64,000 nt of DNA from an uncultured virus (IMG/VR IMGVR_UViG_3300032135_000002) (lineage: Duplodnaviria > Heunggongvirae > Uroviricota > Caudoviricetes), in IMG/VR virus record IMGVR_UViG_3300032135_000002; one strand, 5' to 3'. The position numbers and the translations under genes are program-made. Under the pieces are notes generated by a model. It had not been told where the DNA came from, ran no database searches, and saw only the letters and a list, made by a program, of their open reading frames with translations. Below are positions 30,587-40,263 of the stretch, in pieces; the first letter of the stretch is position 1, and each line of letters starts with the position of its first letter.

Positions 30587-31381
30587 CTACTCCTGTTTGA
30601 GTCTTGGATCATGAAAAATGACATGGGCAAGCTCTGGGTATTTTTTCCAGGCTACTACTGAATCTACAGCAAGTTCCAGAAGACCAGTGATGAACTCCAA
30701 GTCTTCAGGAGCTATGACTTCCGTAATACTTGTAGCAGTTGGAGGGTAAGATTTTAACGGCTTTCCAGTTTTCTCACTGAGTCCACCATCAATGTTTCGA
30801 TTTATGTACACAAGTCGAATACGGGTTGGGTTATAACCTTTCTTAATTAGTACCCAAACGTAAACAAGAAGTTGATATTTGTAGTGAGATGGAATCGTTT
30901 TAGGAACTGTTTTAGAGTTGTAGGTCTTATAATCAACGACCATACAATCTTCTTTACATCCTTGGACAGCATCAAGAGTACCACCAGCGTAATAACCATT
31001 TTTAATTTCTGCCTGGTGCTGAGTTTCAACTTCAAAGTATTCGTTACGAAGAACGTATGTGTTAACAAGTTCTTCTGCCATTGGTACGTACTGGCTTTTA
31101 ACAATAGAGGGGTCGTATTCTTCTTTAGGTTCGTGCATTTTGATGTATTCTTCGATCATTTTCTGATCTACTTCTTCACCTTTTGCAACCATCTCAGCGC
31201 AGTAGTGAACAATTGTTCCTAATACACTTGACGTGTTGTAATCAAAAGATGAAACATCCATTACTTGCGATTGAAACCACCGATGTGGATGAGTTATAAA
31301 TTCAGCAAACCTGCTTGGGCTGAAATTCATAACAGCACCTTCAGGTACTGGTGTTCTTTTATAACTTAAAGGATTCGTCAT
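30587..31381 (-). CDS. PD-(D/E)xK exonuclease
   Basis: FSPS, LGTIVH, GTLDAV...VVDYKT, YQLLVY. Confidence 0.85.
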   Translation of the reverse strand: MTNPLSYKRTPVPEGAVMNFSPSRFAEFITHPHRWFQSQVMDVSSFDYNTSSVLGTIVHYCAEMVAKGEEVDQKMIEEYIKMHEPKEEYDPSIVKSQYVPMAEELVNTYVLRNEYFEVETQHQAEIKNGYYAGGTLDAVQGCKEDCMVVDYKTYNSKTVPKTIPSHYKYQLLVYVWVLIKKGYNPTRIRLVYINRNIDGGLSEKTGKPLKSYPPTATSITEVIAPEDLEFITGLLELAVDSVVAWKKYPELAHVIFHDPRLKQE

Positions 31382-31393
31382 TCAATTCTCCAA

Positions 31394-31651
31394 TTATCTG
31401 TTACATTTTTTATGCGATAGCTTTAGTAGAAATAGGTACCCAGGCTTATCTTCTTTTTTAGAAAAATAGTGTTCTATGGTAGCCATTTCTTCAACATCAT
31501 TTACAGGCTCTCCCATAGTTGGAAAGAGCATAGGTTTTTCACACCAGCAACATTTTTCACCGTAGAGTGTGCGAAGGATATTACGAAAACGATCTCTTCG
31601 TGACTTGCTGATATAAAGACCGTTATTTTTACGTCTTTCAGTTTTTTTCAT
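31394..31651 (-). CDS. Small HNH endonuclease
   Basis: CCWC, ATIEH, SHKKCN. Confidence 0.7.
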   Translation of the reverse strand: MKKTERRKNNGLYISKSRRDRFRNILRTLYGEKCCWCEKPMLFPTMGEPVNDVEEMATIEHYFSKKEDKPGYLFLLKLSHKKCNR

Positions 31652-33423
31652 AAGATTGCCAAAACCTCTTCTATTTGTTGGATAGAAGCATTGTTTGGAA
31701 TTTTATGAAGATCCGCCCAATTTAGTCCAATTTCACCTTCAGCTTCGTTGTGAATTTCCTCATCTTGCAAATACTGAACAGTCATCACTTCGATAAGGTT
31801 TTCATTAACCCATTTTATTATTTCAGGATCACGGTAGGTTTGCGTGTAGATACTGTCGTAGATTGTAGATTGTACCTGAACATACTTTTCCAGATTTTCC
31901 TGCTCTATGCGGTAGTTCAGTTCGTTCACAGCGATGAGTGTTAGGATGCTCCAAAACTGTACGGTTGCGTTGTGCAAGGTTCTGATATCGTTATGAGCGT
32001 TGTCTGTATAAAGACGACAACCAAGACCCAGGTGGATGTAACCGTTACTGGCAGCCGTTGGAAGAACATAGTTATCACGGTAATCAGTAATTCCTGGATA
32101 CAGAACATTGTGGTACCTATCGAAAATCTCCTGAGTTATAACACCTCCTTTGTCTACATCTGGAAATCCACCATAAGCAAGTTTGAATGTTGGAGCTTTA
32201 GATTTTTGACGAATATCTTTTATAACAGAGTTTCCTTCGTCATTTTTTTGCATAAAGGCTTTAACAAAATCAACGTTATTGTTAAATTTTCCGATAGTTT
32301 TTTCTATCTCTTCTGAATAGTATCCACACGCATTTAGAGAATGGCCATCAAGACCTTCTTTAAATACGTTGCACTTATTCACATCTCCAGAAAGATTGGA
32401 TATTACACGGTCTTCCAGTGCAGATAGATCTGCTGTGTAAATTACAAAGTCTTTCTTTGCTGTAAAGCACCGTTTCAGTGGCTTTGCGTAGATTGATTTA
32501 CTGCTGGGAGCATTAAGCAGATTTGGAGAATTTGATGTATTTCTAAACGATTTGGCACCAAACAGTTTTATTTTACCGTGAAGAACTTTATCAATAGTGA
32601 ATGTATCAAACGCTTTTATAAAATTGCTTTTTATGATGAAACTAAATGAGTTGTCGATCATAGCGTCAAGCATTTCAATTAAAACTTCATCTTTTGAATC
32701 TTTACGAAGTTCTTCAATTTGATCACGACCCCATGAAGGTTCTCCTGTGTCTTTGGAGTAAGACCTTGCAGGAATCTTCAACATCTGAAAAATCTCACAA
32801 GTTTGCTTTGAGCTGTTAGGGTTGAAGGCTTCCAGACTAACTTTCTGCTTCTTTTTCTCGTAGCGTGGCCTGTTCCAAAGCTCAAGTTTGTACTCTGCCA
32901 GGGAGCGCATAGCTTTCACTGCAGTAGTGCAATTTGCGCTTATCCGCTTATCTATGACACTGGACAAAAAAGGATCATTCAAAAAGACGTTGTATTCCTT
33001 TACGTCTTTAACAGACCACTTATTACGGACATCTTTATCACGGCCTATGGCCAGTAGATGCGTGTTGACCAACCAGGTACGGTGAGTCATGTCTGTTTCT
33101 TTGAATGGCTTTAAATAATGATCAAGGGTGCGAACAGATTTGGTAGCTTCTTCTTCATGCTCTCTCTGAGCCTTTGGCCTACGCATGGTCTCCTGGTACT
33201 TAATAACGTAAGGGTGTTTGCCTAAACGTTCGTATACAGTCTCTTGAACCTCATCAATGAGCGTTCTGAGATTTTCAACAGCTTCTGATTCAATCAATAG
33301 ACCTGTATCCACCATTTTTATCATGTCAGGGATAAAGTGGCTGGCAAAGTTATCATAGAAATAACTGGGTCCAGGATCATGGTCACAAGGAAAAGGAACA
33401 GGAAGTCTTTCAAAAGGGCGCAT
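31648..33423 (-). CDS. Family A DNA polymerase, polymerase domain
   Basis: SNSPNLLN, motif A ADLSALEDR, motif B RQKSKAPTFKLAYG (Phe at the 762-equivalent position), motif C TIYDS. Confidence 0.9.
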   Translation of the reverse strand: MRPFERLPVPFPCDHDPGPSYFYDNFASHFIPDMIKMVDTGLLIESEAVENLRTLIDEVQETVYERLGKHPYVIKYQETMRRPKAQREHEEEATKSVRTLDHYLKPFKETDMTHRTWLVNTHLLAIGRDKDVRNKWSVKDVKEYNVFLNDPFLSSVIDKRISANCTTAVKAMRSLAEYKLELWNRPRYEKKKQKVSLEAFNPNSSKQTCEIFQMLKIPARSYSKDTGEPSWGRDQIEELRKDSKDEVLIEMLDAMIDNSFSFIIKSNFIKAFDTFTIDKVLHGKIKLFGAKSFRNTSNSPNLLNAPSSKSIYAKPLKRCFTAKKDFVIYTADLSALEDRVISNLSGDVNKCNVFKEGLDGHSLNACGYYSEEIEKTIGKFNNNVDFVKAFMQKNDEGNSVIKDIRQKSKAPTFKLAYGGFPDVDKGGVITQEIFDRYHNVLYPGITDYRDNYVLPTAASNGYIHLGLGCRLYTDNAHNDIRTLHNATVQFWSILTLIAVNELNYRIEQENLEKYVQVQSTIYDSIYTQTYRDPEIIKWVNENLIEVMTVQYLQDEEIHNEAEGEIGLNWADLHKIPNNASIQQIEEVLAIL

Positions 33424-34138
33424 AACTTAAATGCTCCTGTAATTCTTCGTCGCTAAAATTTCTTTTGGTCAGTAACAAGTTTTCTTTTATGTATTTGTCC
33501 CTATATATAGCGGCATCTAATGCGGTTTTGTGGTAGCAGCTCATGATTCGTTTTTTTCCAATAGTAATCTGGCTAGTCCAAGGATTTTTCATATGAGATA
33601 TACGTTTAGGTGCAGTTACACCAACAAACCCAGAAGTATTTTTTACACCTAAAATCTTACCTGTATTAGACTCTACTCTACCTTCAACACCATTAGTTGT
33701 GTGGGGTAGTTTGTTGTCTTTTACATAAATGTCGTAAGCAATAGCAGATTCCTCAGAAGTACCGTAGAACCCAACTGTTACAGTTTTATTTTTTACACTT
33801 ATAGATGTTTCCCATTTTTCGTACATCTTATTCCAACTTACACCCCTAAAACCGGACTTGTTATGACTGTAGAGAATTCGGGTATTAGCTGACTGCACTA
33901 GCTGATTAGTCCACCTACAGTTACCAGGACGGTAATCACCATTATTATCTATTCTGTCTATTGAAGACTTATCATTATAACCGTTAGACAAAGCCCAGAT
34001 TTTAAATTCCTCATAAGAATTTTTCCACTCTTCGCACACTGCTATGTGAGAATACTCAAGTTTTCTGGTACACCTATATTTCATACCCTTCCATATGTTA
34101 TTTAAACGATTACCAGTATCACCGTGTGTCTTGTTCAT
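33410..34138 (-). CDS. HNH homing endonuclease with AP2 domains
   Basis: SIDRIDNNGDYRPGNCRW followed by two N.SGF.GV AP2-like repeats. Confidence 0.88.
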   Translation of the reverse strand: MNKTHGDTGNRLNNIWKGMKYRCTRKLEYSHIAVCEEWKNSYEEFKIWALSNGYNDKSSIDRIDNNGDYRPGNCRWTNQLVQSANTRILYSHNKSGFRGVSWNKMYEKWETSISVKNKTVTVGFYGTSEESAIAYDIYVKDNKLPHTTNGVEGRVESNTGKILGVKNTSGFVGVTAPKRISHMKNPWTSQITIGKKRIMSCYHKTALDAAIYRDKYIKENLLLTKRNFSDEELQEHLSYAPF

Positions 34139-34781
34139 TTCTATGCTCCATTATCTGTTGATAAAGTAGCATTGTAGCACATCCATCAATAGAGCAGTAT
34201 TTTAAAAATTTTGGACTTTTAGGGTTATCTGGTTCGTACTCGTCATAAAGTGACCAGGTAGGATCGTACTGACTTTTCATCAGTTCTTTAAGACCAACTT
34301 TTGCTTTCCAAATGTCTACGTGATTTATAAAACACTTGGACATCAGAGAAGTGTCTACGTAGTTTTTTGGAAAGCAACGAACACGGTTGTACATGATCTG
34401 TAAGTCAAAAAGAGCGTTATGTATTAACAGCAGCCCTTTATAATACGCAATGAACTTCCATATAAGCATTTCTGTATGGATAGTATCCGGTATCAATATT
34501 TCACTGTGGTCTTTAGAAAGACCAAAAATGAAATGGGTAGTGACTACCAACGATGGGAAACTGAGACCAGAATTTCCAGCTACCATACGATACTGCTTAA
34601 TCTGATCGATGGAGAGGTCCTGGTCCTTGTCTAAAAGCTTCTGTGCTGTACTCCTATCCTGCTTTGGGTAAACTCCTGACGTTTCAGTGTCCAGGCTCAT
34701 AACGGGCTTCTCAGCTAGTTTGTTGAGCTTCTTTTGGATGTTGTAACGAGTTGCAGTAACACAATAGCTAACTTTAATCAT
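34119..34781 (-). CDS. 3'-5' exonuclease domain of the DNA polymerase (separate ORF)
   Basis: ExoI LDTETSG, ExoII HNALFD, ExoIII YCSID. Confidence 0.85.
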   Translation of the reverse strand: MIKVSYCVTATRYNIQKKLNKLAEKPVMSLDTETSGVYPKQDRSTAQKLLDKDQDLSIDQIKQYRMVAGNSGLSFPSLVVTTHFIFGLSKDHSEILIPDTIHTEMLIWKFIAYYKGLLLIHNALFDLQIMYNRVRCFPKNYVDTSLMSKCFINHVDIWKAKVGLKELMKSQYDPTWSLYDEYEPDNPKSPKFLKYCSIDGCATMLLYQQIMEHRNEQDTR

Positions 34782-35196
34782 TATCCAGTAATCCTTTTAA
34801 GTCAGAATCAAAAAAGGTTCCTCCAATATTTAAATTTAAGAACATCTGGTCGAATATAGCGTCGTGCTCAAACAACAAAGCTGACTCAAGATAGGTAGAC
34901 GATTTACGAGTAGAGCATTGATACAAAATTTCTTTTTTTAAAATCTGCAGTCCTTCAATACCATGACTACCTTCGTATTTTGCAAAAGGTAGATCCATTA
35001 ACTCTTTACGAACGTAATTCTTACGTATCTTCAGCTGTGCTTTTGTGGGTTTTAACCTACGCACAGAACGAACGGCCCGCTTGCCGATGTATTTTTTACC
35101 ATCAACATAAGTGATCAAGTACACAATATCTGTGCACTCGGGCAAGAGGTCATCGTGATTTTCAACGATACGTTCTTTGTAAGTCCAGGCAACCAC
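34774..35196 (-). CDS. GIY-YIG endonuclease (endonuclease II-like)
   Basis: IVYLITYVDGKKYIGKR, Y.GS, YLE...LF, FLNLNI. Confidence 0.75.
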   Translation of the reverse strand: MVAWTYKERIVENHDDLLPECTDIVYLITYVDGKKYIGKRAVRSVRRLKPTKAQLKIRKNYVRKELMDLPFAKYEGSHGIEGLQILKKEILYQCSTRKSSTYLESALLFEHDAIFDQMFLNLNIGGTFFDSDLKGLLDND

Positions 35197-37400
35197 TAAC
35201 CAATTCTCCGAAGAGCGGGAATAACCAACGTCCTGTTTAGTCTATCTATGTCGAGACTGTCCACCCAGTAATCGTTGATCTCGTTAGCCAGAGTTTTTAT
35301 GTACTCTTCACCGGCACCCAAGTCGATAGCATAAGCCAGGGCTCTGTACATAAGGACAGACCGTTGGCCATTTTCTGCTTCAAACGCAAAGAAGAAAGTC
35401 TCCCTTGGATCTTGTAGCTTTGTATCTTTTTGGGTTTTAGGTAGATTGGCAGCAGGTTTAGGTTTATCCCTGATACGGATAGCAGCACGTTCTATCAGAT
35501 ATTTGGTCTGAAGTGTTTCACCTTCCATCTGTTTTAGGATAACCCGGTCTTTGTAAGACAGAAATATTTGGCTTTGTGGCAGAGAATCTATCACCAGGCC
35601 AAGTTCTTCACCAATTTCTGTTAAGAACTCTTTCCACATACGCTCATCGATATCGACAATAGAATCCAGTTCCATGATTACTCTGAACTTAAATTCATTA
35701 TCCGGATCGCTGGTTCTAGCTATGTAGTGATTGTACTGGCTTAACAGAGTGTGGGCTTCAAAATCAGTCAACATAGACTTATCGATGTCGAGTACCACAA
35801 ACTTGGTTCCGTTAATCAGATTGGCTTTATTACGTTCCCCGTTTTTGAACGCGAATGAGCTGTAGGCTGAATTTTCTTGAAGCAGTAGCTCTATCTCAGA
35901 AAATTCTGTTTCATAGAATTCGTAACCGTGACTGCAGTTTCGAGACATATAGTCTTTCATTTCTGCGTCTTTCATATCTTCCTGAAAAATTATGTAAGAA
36001 ACACCAACAGTGCTGGTTTTTATTATCTCCTTGTATTTGATGCCACCATCAGTAGGTGTGTAAGAACCGCTCTCATCGTAGCTGTTTGCCATTGTGCAAA
36101 TTTCTTCAACTTTGGATTTTGATGAACCAGTTCCTCCTATATAAGACAACTTTCTAAGTTCGTGAAGTGACAGAAAAAATTCACCATCTTCAGACTTAAA
36201 CTTACACATATCTGTAAGTTGTTCATACGGCTCTTTAACAAGTTCTTGCTCAAAATCAGCCATATCACTAGACAAAGATTCTACGGTGTTGATAGCACAC
36301 GCATAAGTCTTTTCATTGATCTCTTCGTCATTCTGAAGAATTGCATAGCTACCGGCTAGTTTTAGTGCAAGCCATTGCTTGTGCTTTCGGCTCAGTTTGG
36401 ATATCGGGTATTTGTTAGTCATACCATCAGAGATGATATTGTTCAGCTCCAGGTAAACATCAAAAAGCTTATTAGCATCTTCAGAAACTTCCAGAGGCGT
36501 ATTGTTTGTTTTATCTACTAAGCCTGATGTGTATTCATTGAGTGATGCTTGAGCCTTCAGAACCCGCTCACGCTCTTTTTCCTTCATGGCGTACAGTTCA
36601 TCTATTGAAGTGATTACCAGTGGTACAGGCTGTTCTGGAGTGAATGTGAAGATGCTTCTTCGGGCAAGCTGCGTGTTGAACACTAACTTAAACCGGTTCT
36701 TAATCTCGTTATTGAACAGTATTGCTTCCTGAGATCCAAAAAACAGGGCGTTTACAGGTAACCCTTTAACATCGCTTGTCTGATTTTCGTTAGATTTAAC
36801 AATTTTTGGAGGTATGTTACCCAGGTCGTATGCCACAGCAACGGTTTTTATGATGTCAGTCATTGAACCGTTATTCTGAAGCTCTGAACCTATCTCAGAA
36901 GACATTATGGAACCGGCACCGAGAGGGTTGGACGCTATATCTGCGAAATGGTGTATCAATCCCTCTACAGTGCCAAGACCCGTCTGTAATGGTTTTGGAG
37001 AATGGTAATACTTTTGCCAATCTTCCTTTTTTTCACCTTCCAGAATTGCCATGTTCTCAGCTTTGGTTCTGGCATACTCTTTGCGAACACTCTCCAGTTG
37101 TTCATATGCATCAGACATTGATTTGCGGATAGTGTTGAGTGACTTATCCTTAGACGTTCCAGAAGCACTCAGAGCAAACACAATAGCGTTTGTGGGTACC
37201 AGTGTTCCGTCATACAGCTGAATTGGTTTACGCAAATGTGAGCTAAAAGTTATAAGCTCACTCAACGTAATGGCCAATTTCAATTTGAAAGGTATGTCAC
37301 CAGAGATGGTGTCAATACCCTTCTTGACAATATGCGGGATCACATCAACTGATGAAGTCCGATCCGACACATACTGTTCAAGGAGAGCTTTGGTTTCCAT
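35196..37400 (-). CDS. DNA primase/ATPase (N4 gp43-like)
   Basis: VPTNAIVFALSASGTSKD P-loop-like motif, SEIGSEL, C-terminal VVLDID primase-like motif; size near N4 gp43. Confidence 0.75.
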   Translation of the reverse strand: METKALLEQYVSDRTSSVDVIPHIVKKGIDTISGDIPFKLKLAITLSELITFSSHLRKPIQLYDGTLVPTNAIVFALSASGTSKDKSLNTIRKSMSDAYEQLESVRKEYARTKAENMAILEGEKKEDWQKYYHSPKPLQTGLGTVEGLIHHFADIASNPLGAGSIMSSEIGSELQNNGSMTDIIKTVAVAYDLGNIPPKIVKSNENQTSDVKGLPVNALFFGSQEAILFNNEIKNRFKLVFNTQLARRSIFTFTPEQPVPLVITSIDELYAMKEKERERVLKAQASLNEYTSGLVDKTNNTPLEVSEDANKLFDVYLELNNIISDGMTNKYPISKLSRKHKQWLALKLAGSYAILQNDEEINEKTYACAINTVESLSSDMADFEQELVKEPYEQLTDMCKFKSEDGEFFLSLHELRKLSYIGGTGSSKSKVEEICTMANSYDESGSYTPTDGGIKYKEIIKTSTVGVSYIIFQEDMKDAEMKDYMSRNCSHGYEFYETEFSEIELLLQENSAYSSFAFKNGERNKANLINGTKFVVLDIDKSMLTDFEAHTLLSQYNHYIARTSDPDNEFKFRVIMELDSIVDIDERMWKEFLTEIGEELGLVIDSLPQSQIFLSYKDRVILKQMEGETLQTKYLIERAAIRIRDKPKPAANLPKTQKDTKLQDPRETFFFAFEAENGQRSVLMYRALAYAIDLGAGEEYIKTLANEINDYWVDSLDIDRLNRTLVIPALRRIG

Positions 37401-38219
37401 TTATGCACCTATTTCGTTAACAACGTCTTCGTAAAACTGGATTTCATCAAATTCAAAACCGACGTTCATGGCTTTGGGTAGCTGTACAGCATTGCCATAA
37501 CCACTGGACAATTTTGATTCAAAAACAGTTTCCAGAATTGCAAAGTAAAATTTACGGAGAAGTCGGTCGTTAATTACAGACGACATCACTGATACAGACT
37601 TTGGGTCTTTGTGAGAAAACAGCGGTATTGATGAAAAAAAGTTACCAACATCATCGTGAGCACAGTTACTGATTGGTAAAACCAAAGTAACTTTAACGAA
37701 AATATGACGACGTTCTAATTCTTCAACAGTTGCCAACAGCTTAGCAACGTTTTTACGTACATCGCTATTGTCTACATTACACGGGTAGCTGATATTTACG
37801 TAAAGCTCGTAAAAGAAGTCTACGTACTGTTTAGAGGGAGTCATAACACAGTCAGGCTCACCAGAAACATACTTACCTACATCAACATCTACCTGGGTAC
37901 CGTCTGTGGTGTATCGGAAGTTTTCGTACACTTCTTCAGTGAGCAGTCCACGCTTCAGGAGATTTGAACGTACCAGGTTGCGGATAGATTCCTGCTCTTC
38001 TTCAAGAAAATCTGTTTTTCCTTTAAGAAGCATTTCGAGCGATTCTGCGTAAGTCATTCCACACTGGGTATCAGCACGCTGTGTAATTTTTCCGACTTCG
38101 TGTTTGAAGTGTTCAATATTTCGGAAAGGTAGAAAGTGGCACTTTCCAATAATATTTTTCCAGTCTTTTGGAAAAATATCATGCAGCGGTAAAGCCATAT
38201 CAGTATTTTTAATTGTCAT
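37401..38219 (-). CDS. Partner of the AAA ATPase (vWA-like)
   Basis: VDVGKYVSGEPDCVM and LYVNISY patterns; adjacent to a MoxR-like ATPase. Confidence 0.5.
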   Translation of the reverse strand: MTIKNTDMALPLHDIFPKDWKNIIGKCHFLPFRNIEHFKHEVGKITQRADTQCGMTYAESLEMLLKGKTDFLEEEQESIRNLVRSNLLKRGLLTEEVYENFRYTTDGTQVDVDVGKYVSGEPDCVMTPSKQYVDFFYELYVNISYPCNVDNSDVRKNVAKLLATVEELERRHIFVKVTLVLPISNCAHDDVGNFFSSIPLFSHKDPKSVSVMSSVINDRLLRKFYFAILETVFESKLSSGYGNAVQLPKAMNVGFEFDEIQFYEDVVNEIGA

Positions 38220-38241
38220 TTCAATTTCCTATACCATTAGT

Positions 38242-39006
38242 TTATTGAACGTCAAGCAGTTCAGATAAATCGTAAACTGTTACACATTCAGACTGGTTTA
38301 TAAATTTAGGCATTGAACTCAAAGCAGTTTCAAATTCTTGAAGAACGCCAGGGTTATCCCCTATTATCCTCTCAAAGAATCCTTCTGTCAGATCCAACTG
38401 TTTTCTTTTGTAATATCTTAGGCTATCCCTCATTGACACTGATGTAGAGGAATTATTTTTCTTCAAAATTTCCCGTAAAGCAGAAATTCTTAATACAGTA
38501 TCTGTATCGACTAAAGACTTCTCCAGGTCAAGGTCAAGTGGAATTAGAACAATGTCGAAGCGGTCAAGAGTAGCAGCATCTAGCTTAGAACGCCCGACAT
38601 AGTGACGATGTTCGTCTTGAGGATTGGCTGTAGCTACCATCCTAAAATCTTCGTGTATCTGAACAACACCAGTAGGAAACGATATATACCCGTTTTCTAT
38701 TGTGTTCAAAGACAATATTACGTTTGAGTCAGAAGCATCAATTTCATCAATCAAAAACAGCCCACCACAAGTAGCAGCTTTGTAGAGCTGAGACTCGATG
38801 TAAGTACCGTTTACACTTATGAACCCCAGTAGATGTGACAATGTGGTTTGACGTGTCATTGATAAGCTATAGAAATCAAGTTTCAAAGATTTAGCAACAG
38901 CCATAGCTATTGTTGTTTTACCGCTACCTGCAGGGCCTATAAGCATTGTTGCAATGCCTGCAGATACAAGTTTTTGAATTTCTGCTTTTTTAAAGTGCTC
39001 AGTCAT
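38242..39006 (-). CDS. MoxR/CbbQ-like AAA+ ATPase
   Basis: GPAGSGKT, FLIDEID, ATAN, LDAATLDRF. Confidence 0.85.
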   Translation of the reverse strand: MTEHFKKAEIQKLVSAGIATMLIGPAGSGKTTIAMAVAKSLKLDFYSLSMTRQTTLSHLLGFISVNGTYIESQLYKAATCGGLFLIDEIDASDSNVILSLNTIENGYISFPTGVVQIHEDFRMVATANPQDEHRHYVGRSKLDAATLDRFDIVLIPLDLDLEKSLVDTDTVLRISALREILKKNNSSTSVSMRDSLRYYKRKQLDLTEGFFERIIGDNPGVLQEFETALSSMPKFINQSECVTVYDLSELLDVQ

Positions 39007-39626
39007 CAGAAAGGAACTCCAGTATCTTCTTTACTTTTTGGTAGAACGTGTTTCATGAATTTATAAGTTTTATCAGGATTGGGATTTATCAATGATAGAT
39101 AAAGAACTTTGCTTACAAGTTGATCTTCAGATTCTACGAAAATTTCAATGTCTGGATTTTTTTCATCCAGAATTATAAATTCTTTTATATTCTCCTTAAC
39201 ACTCTGGTAGTTTTTTAAATATGCTTCGTAATCAATTTTAAAGTATTCAGAATTTTTTCCAAGCATAGAAACAACAAGGATGAATCCTAAAATATCTGGG
39301 TAACTATAACCATTGTATTTATCTTCATCTTGAGTCAACTGTTGCAAACTCATACTGTATTCAAGAAGGTTAAAAGCTTCTAAGTCACTGCTGAATACGT
39401 TTTCATTATAATGATTAGCAATTGCTTGGTACAAAGCACCTGTATCCATTTTTTCAGATTGAGAATTTACATACTCACGAACAGTTTTAATTCCGTGCTT
39501 ACCAACTGCATGAAATACGTTTAAGAAGATAATACTGTTAACACCCTTACTTCTGGTAAGCATTGTTTGGTAGATGCTTAGTAAAGGAGATTTCTCAACA
39601 ATAAAAGGTAAGAATTTATTTGACAT
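39006..39626 (-). CDS. Hypothetical protein
   Basis: 206 aa ORF with a GGAG RBS, coupled to the AAA gene. Confidence 0.6.
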   Translation of the reverse strand: MSNKFLPFIVEKSPLLSIYQTMLTRSKGVNSIIFLNVFHAVGKHGIKTVREYVNSQSEKMDTGALYQAIANHYNENVFSSDLEAFNLLEYSMSLQQLTQDEDKYNGYSYPDILGFILVVSMLGKNSEYFKIDYEAYLKNYQSVKENIKEFIILDEKNPDIEIFVESEDQLVSKVLYLSLINPNPDKTYKFMKHVLPKSKEDTGVPF

Positions 39627-39804
39627 AATTACTTCTCCAAATTTTATTTATAATTTTAAAGTGGTTTAAACTCATCTGAAAAAGAGCGGCCTACCCGCCT
39701 TACTGTGCCTGTACTGGGATTACAGCAAATAAGTGTGGAGTCACTTTGCACTGGCCGGTTATGTTTTTTCATGCCCACGCTCTTTCAGATAAATTTACAG
39801 AGCT

Positions 39805-39835
39805 AAAAAAGCCCCTCTAAAAAAGGGGCTTTTCT
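39805..39835. terminator. Bidirectional intrinsic terminator
   Basis: AAAAAAGCCCCT-loop-AGGGGCTTTT. Confidence 0.75.
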
Positions 39836-39857
39836 ATTTACACTTTATACTGAGTTT

Positions 39858-40202
39858 TTACAGGTACTCGAACTTGGTACCGGAAGAAACGTTAACCAGG
39901 ACAGGATTTGTAGCGATAAGCTCTTCAACACGACGGTTAGGGTTAACACCCTGGCCTTGCTCAACAGCCTCACAAGCCCTGACTTTGATTTTTGCTACTT
40001 CGTTACGAACAAACGTCAGCTTTGCATCGTCTTCGAGATTGCTGAAACGCATTTCACCGTAAGTAGTGTTCACAAGCGGATCTTTAATTTCAGCATCTTC
40101 GTTGCCGTAAGACTCACGAGCTTTTGCTGCCAGTTCAGCAACAGAAGCAATTTTTTCTTCATCAGAAGTTTTTTCGTTTGACAAGATTTTAGTAATTGAC
40201 AT
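39858..40202 (-). CDS. Hypothetical protein
   Basis: 114 aa ORF followed by a terminator. Confidence 0.65.
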   Translation of the reverse strand: MSITKILSNEKTSDEEKIASVAELAAKARESYGNEDAEIKDPLVNTTYGEMRFSNLEDDAKLTFVRNEVAKIKVRACEAVEQGQGVNPNRRVEELIATNPVLVNVSSGTKFEYL

Positions 40203-40263
40203 AGTTGGTATTCCATTTTATTTATCACACTGAGTTTTTAAGTTATAAGGTGTGTGAGTTACC

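Noticed and set aside
33410..34138. Group I intron or intein in the DNA polymerase
   Set aside because: The ORFs overlap with no non-coding core, the frames differ, and there are no intein terminal motifs.
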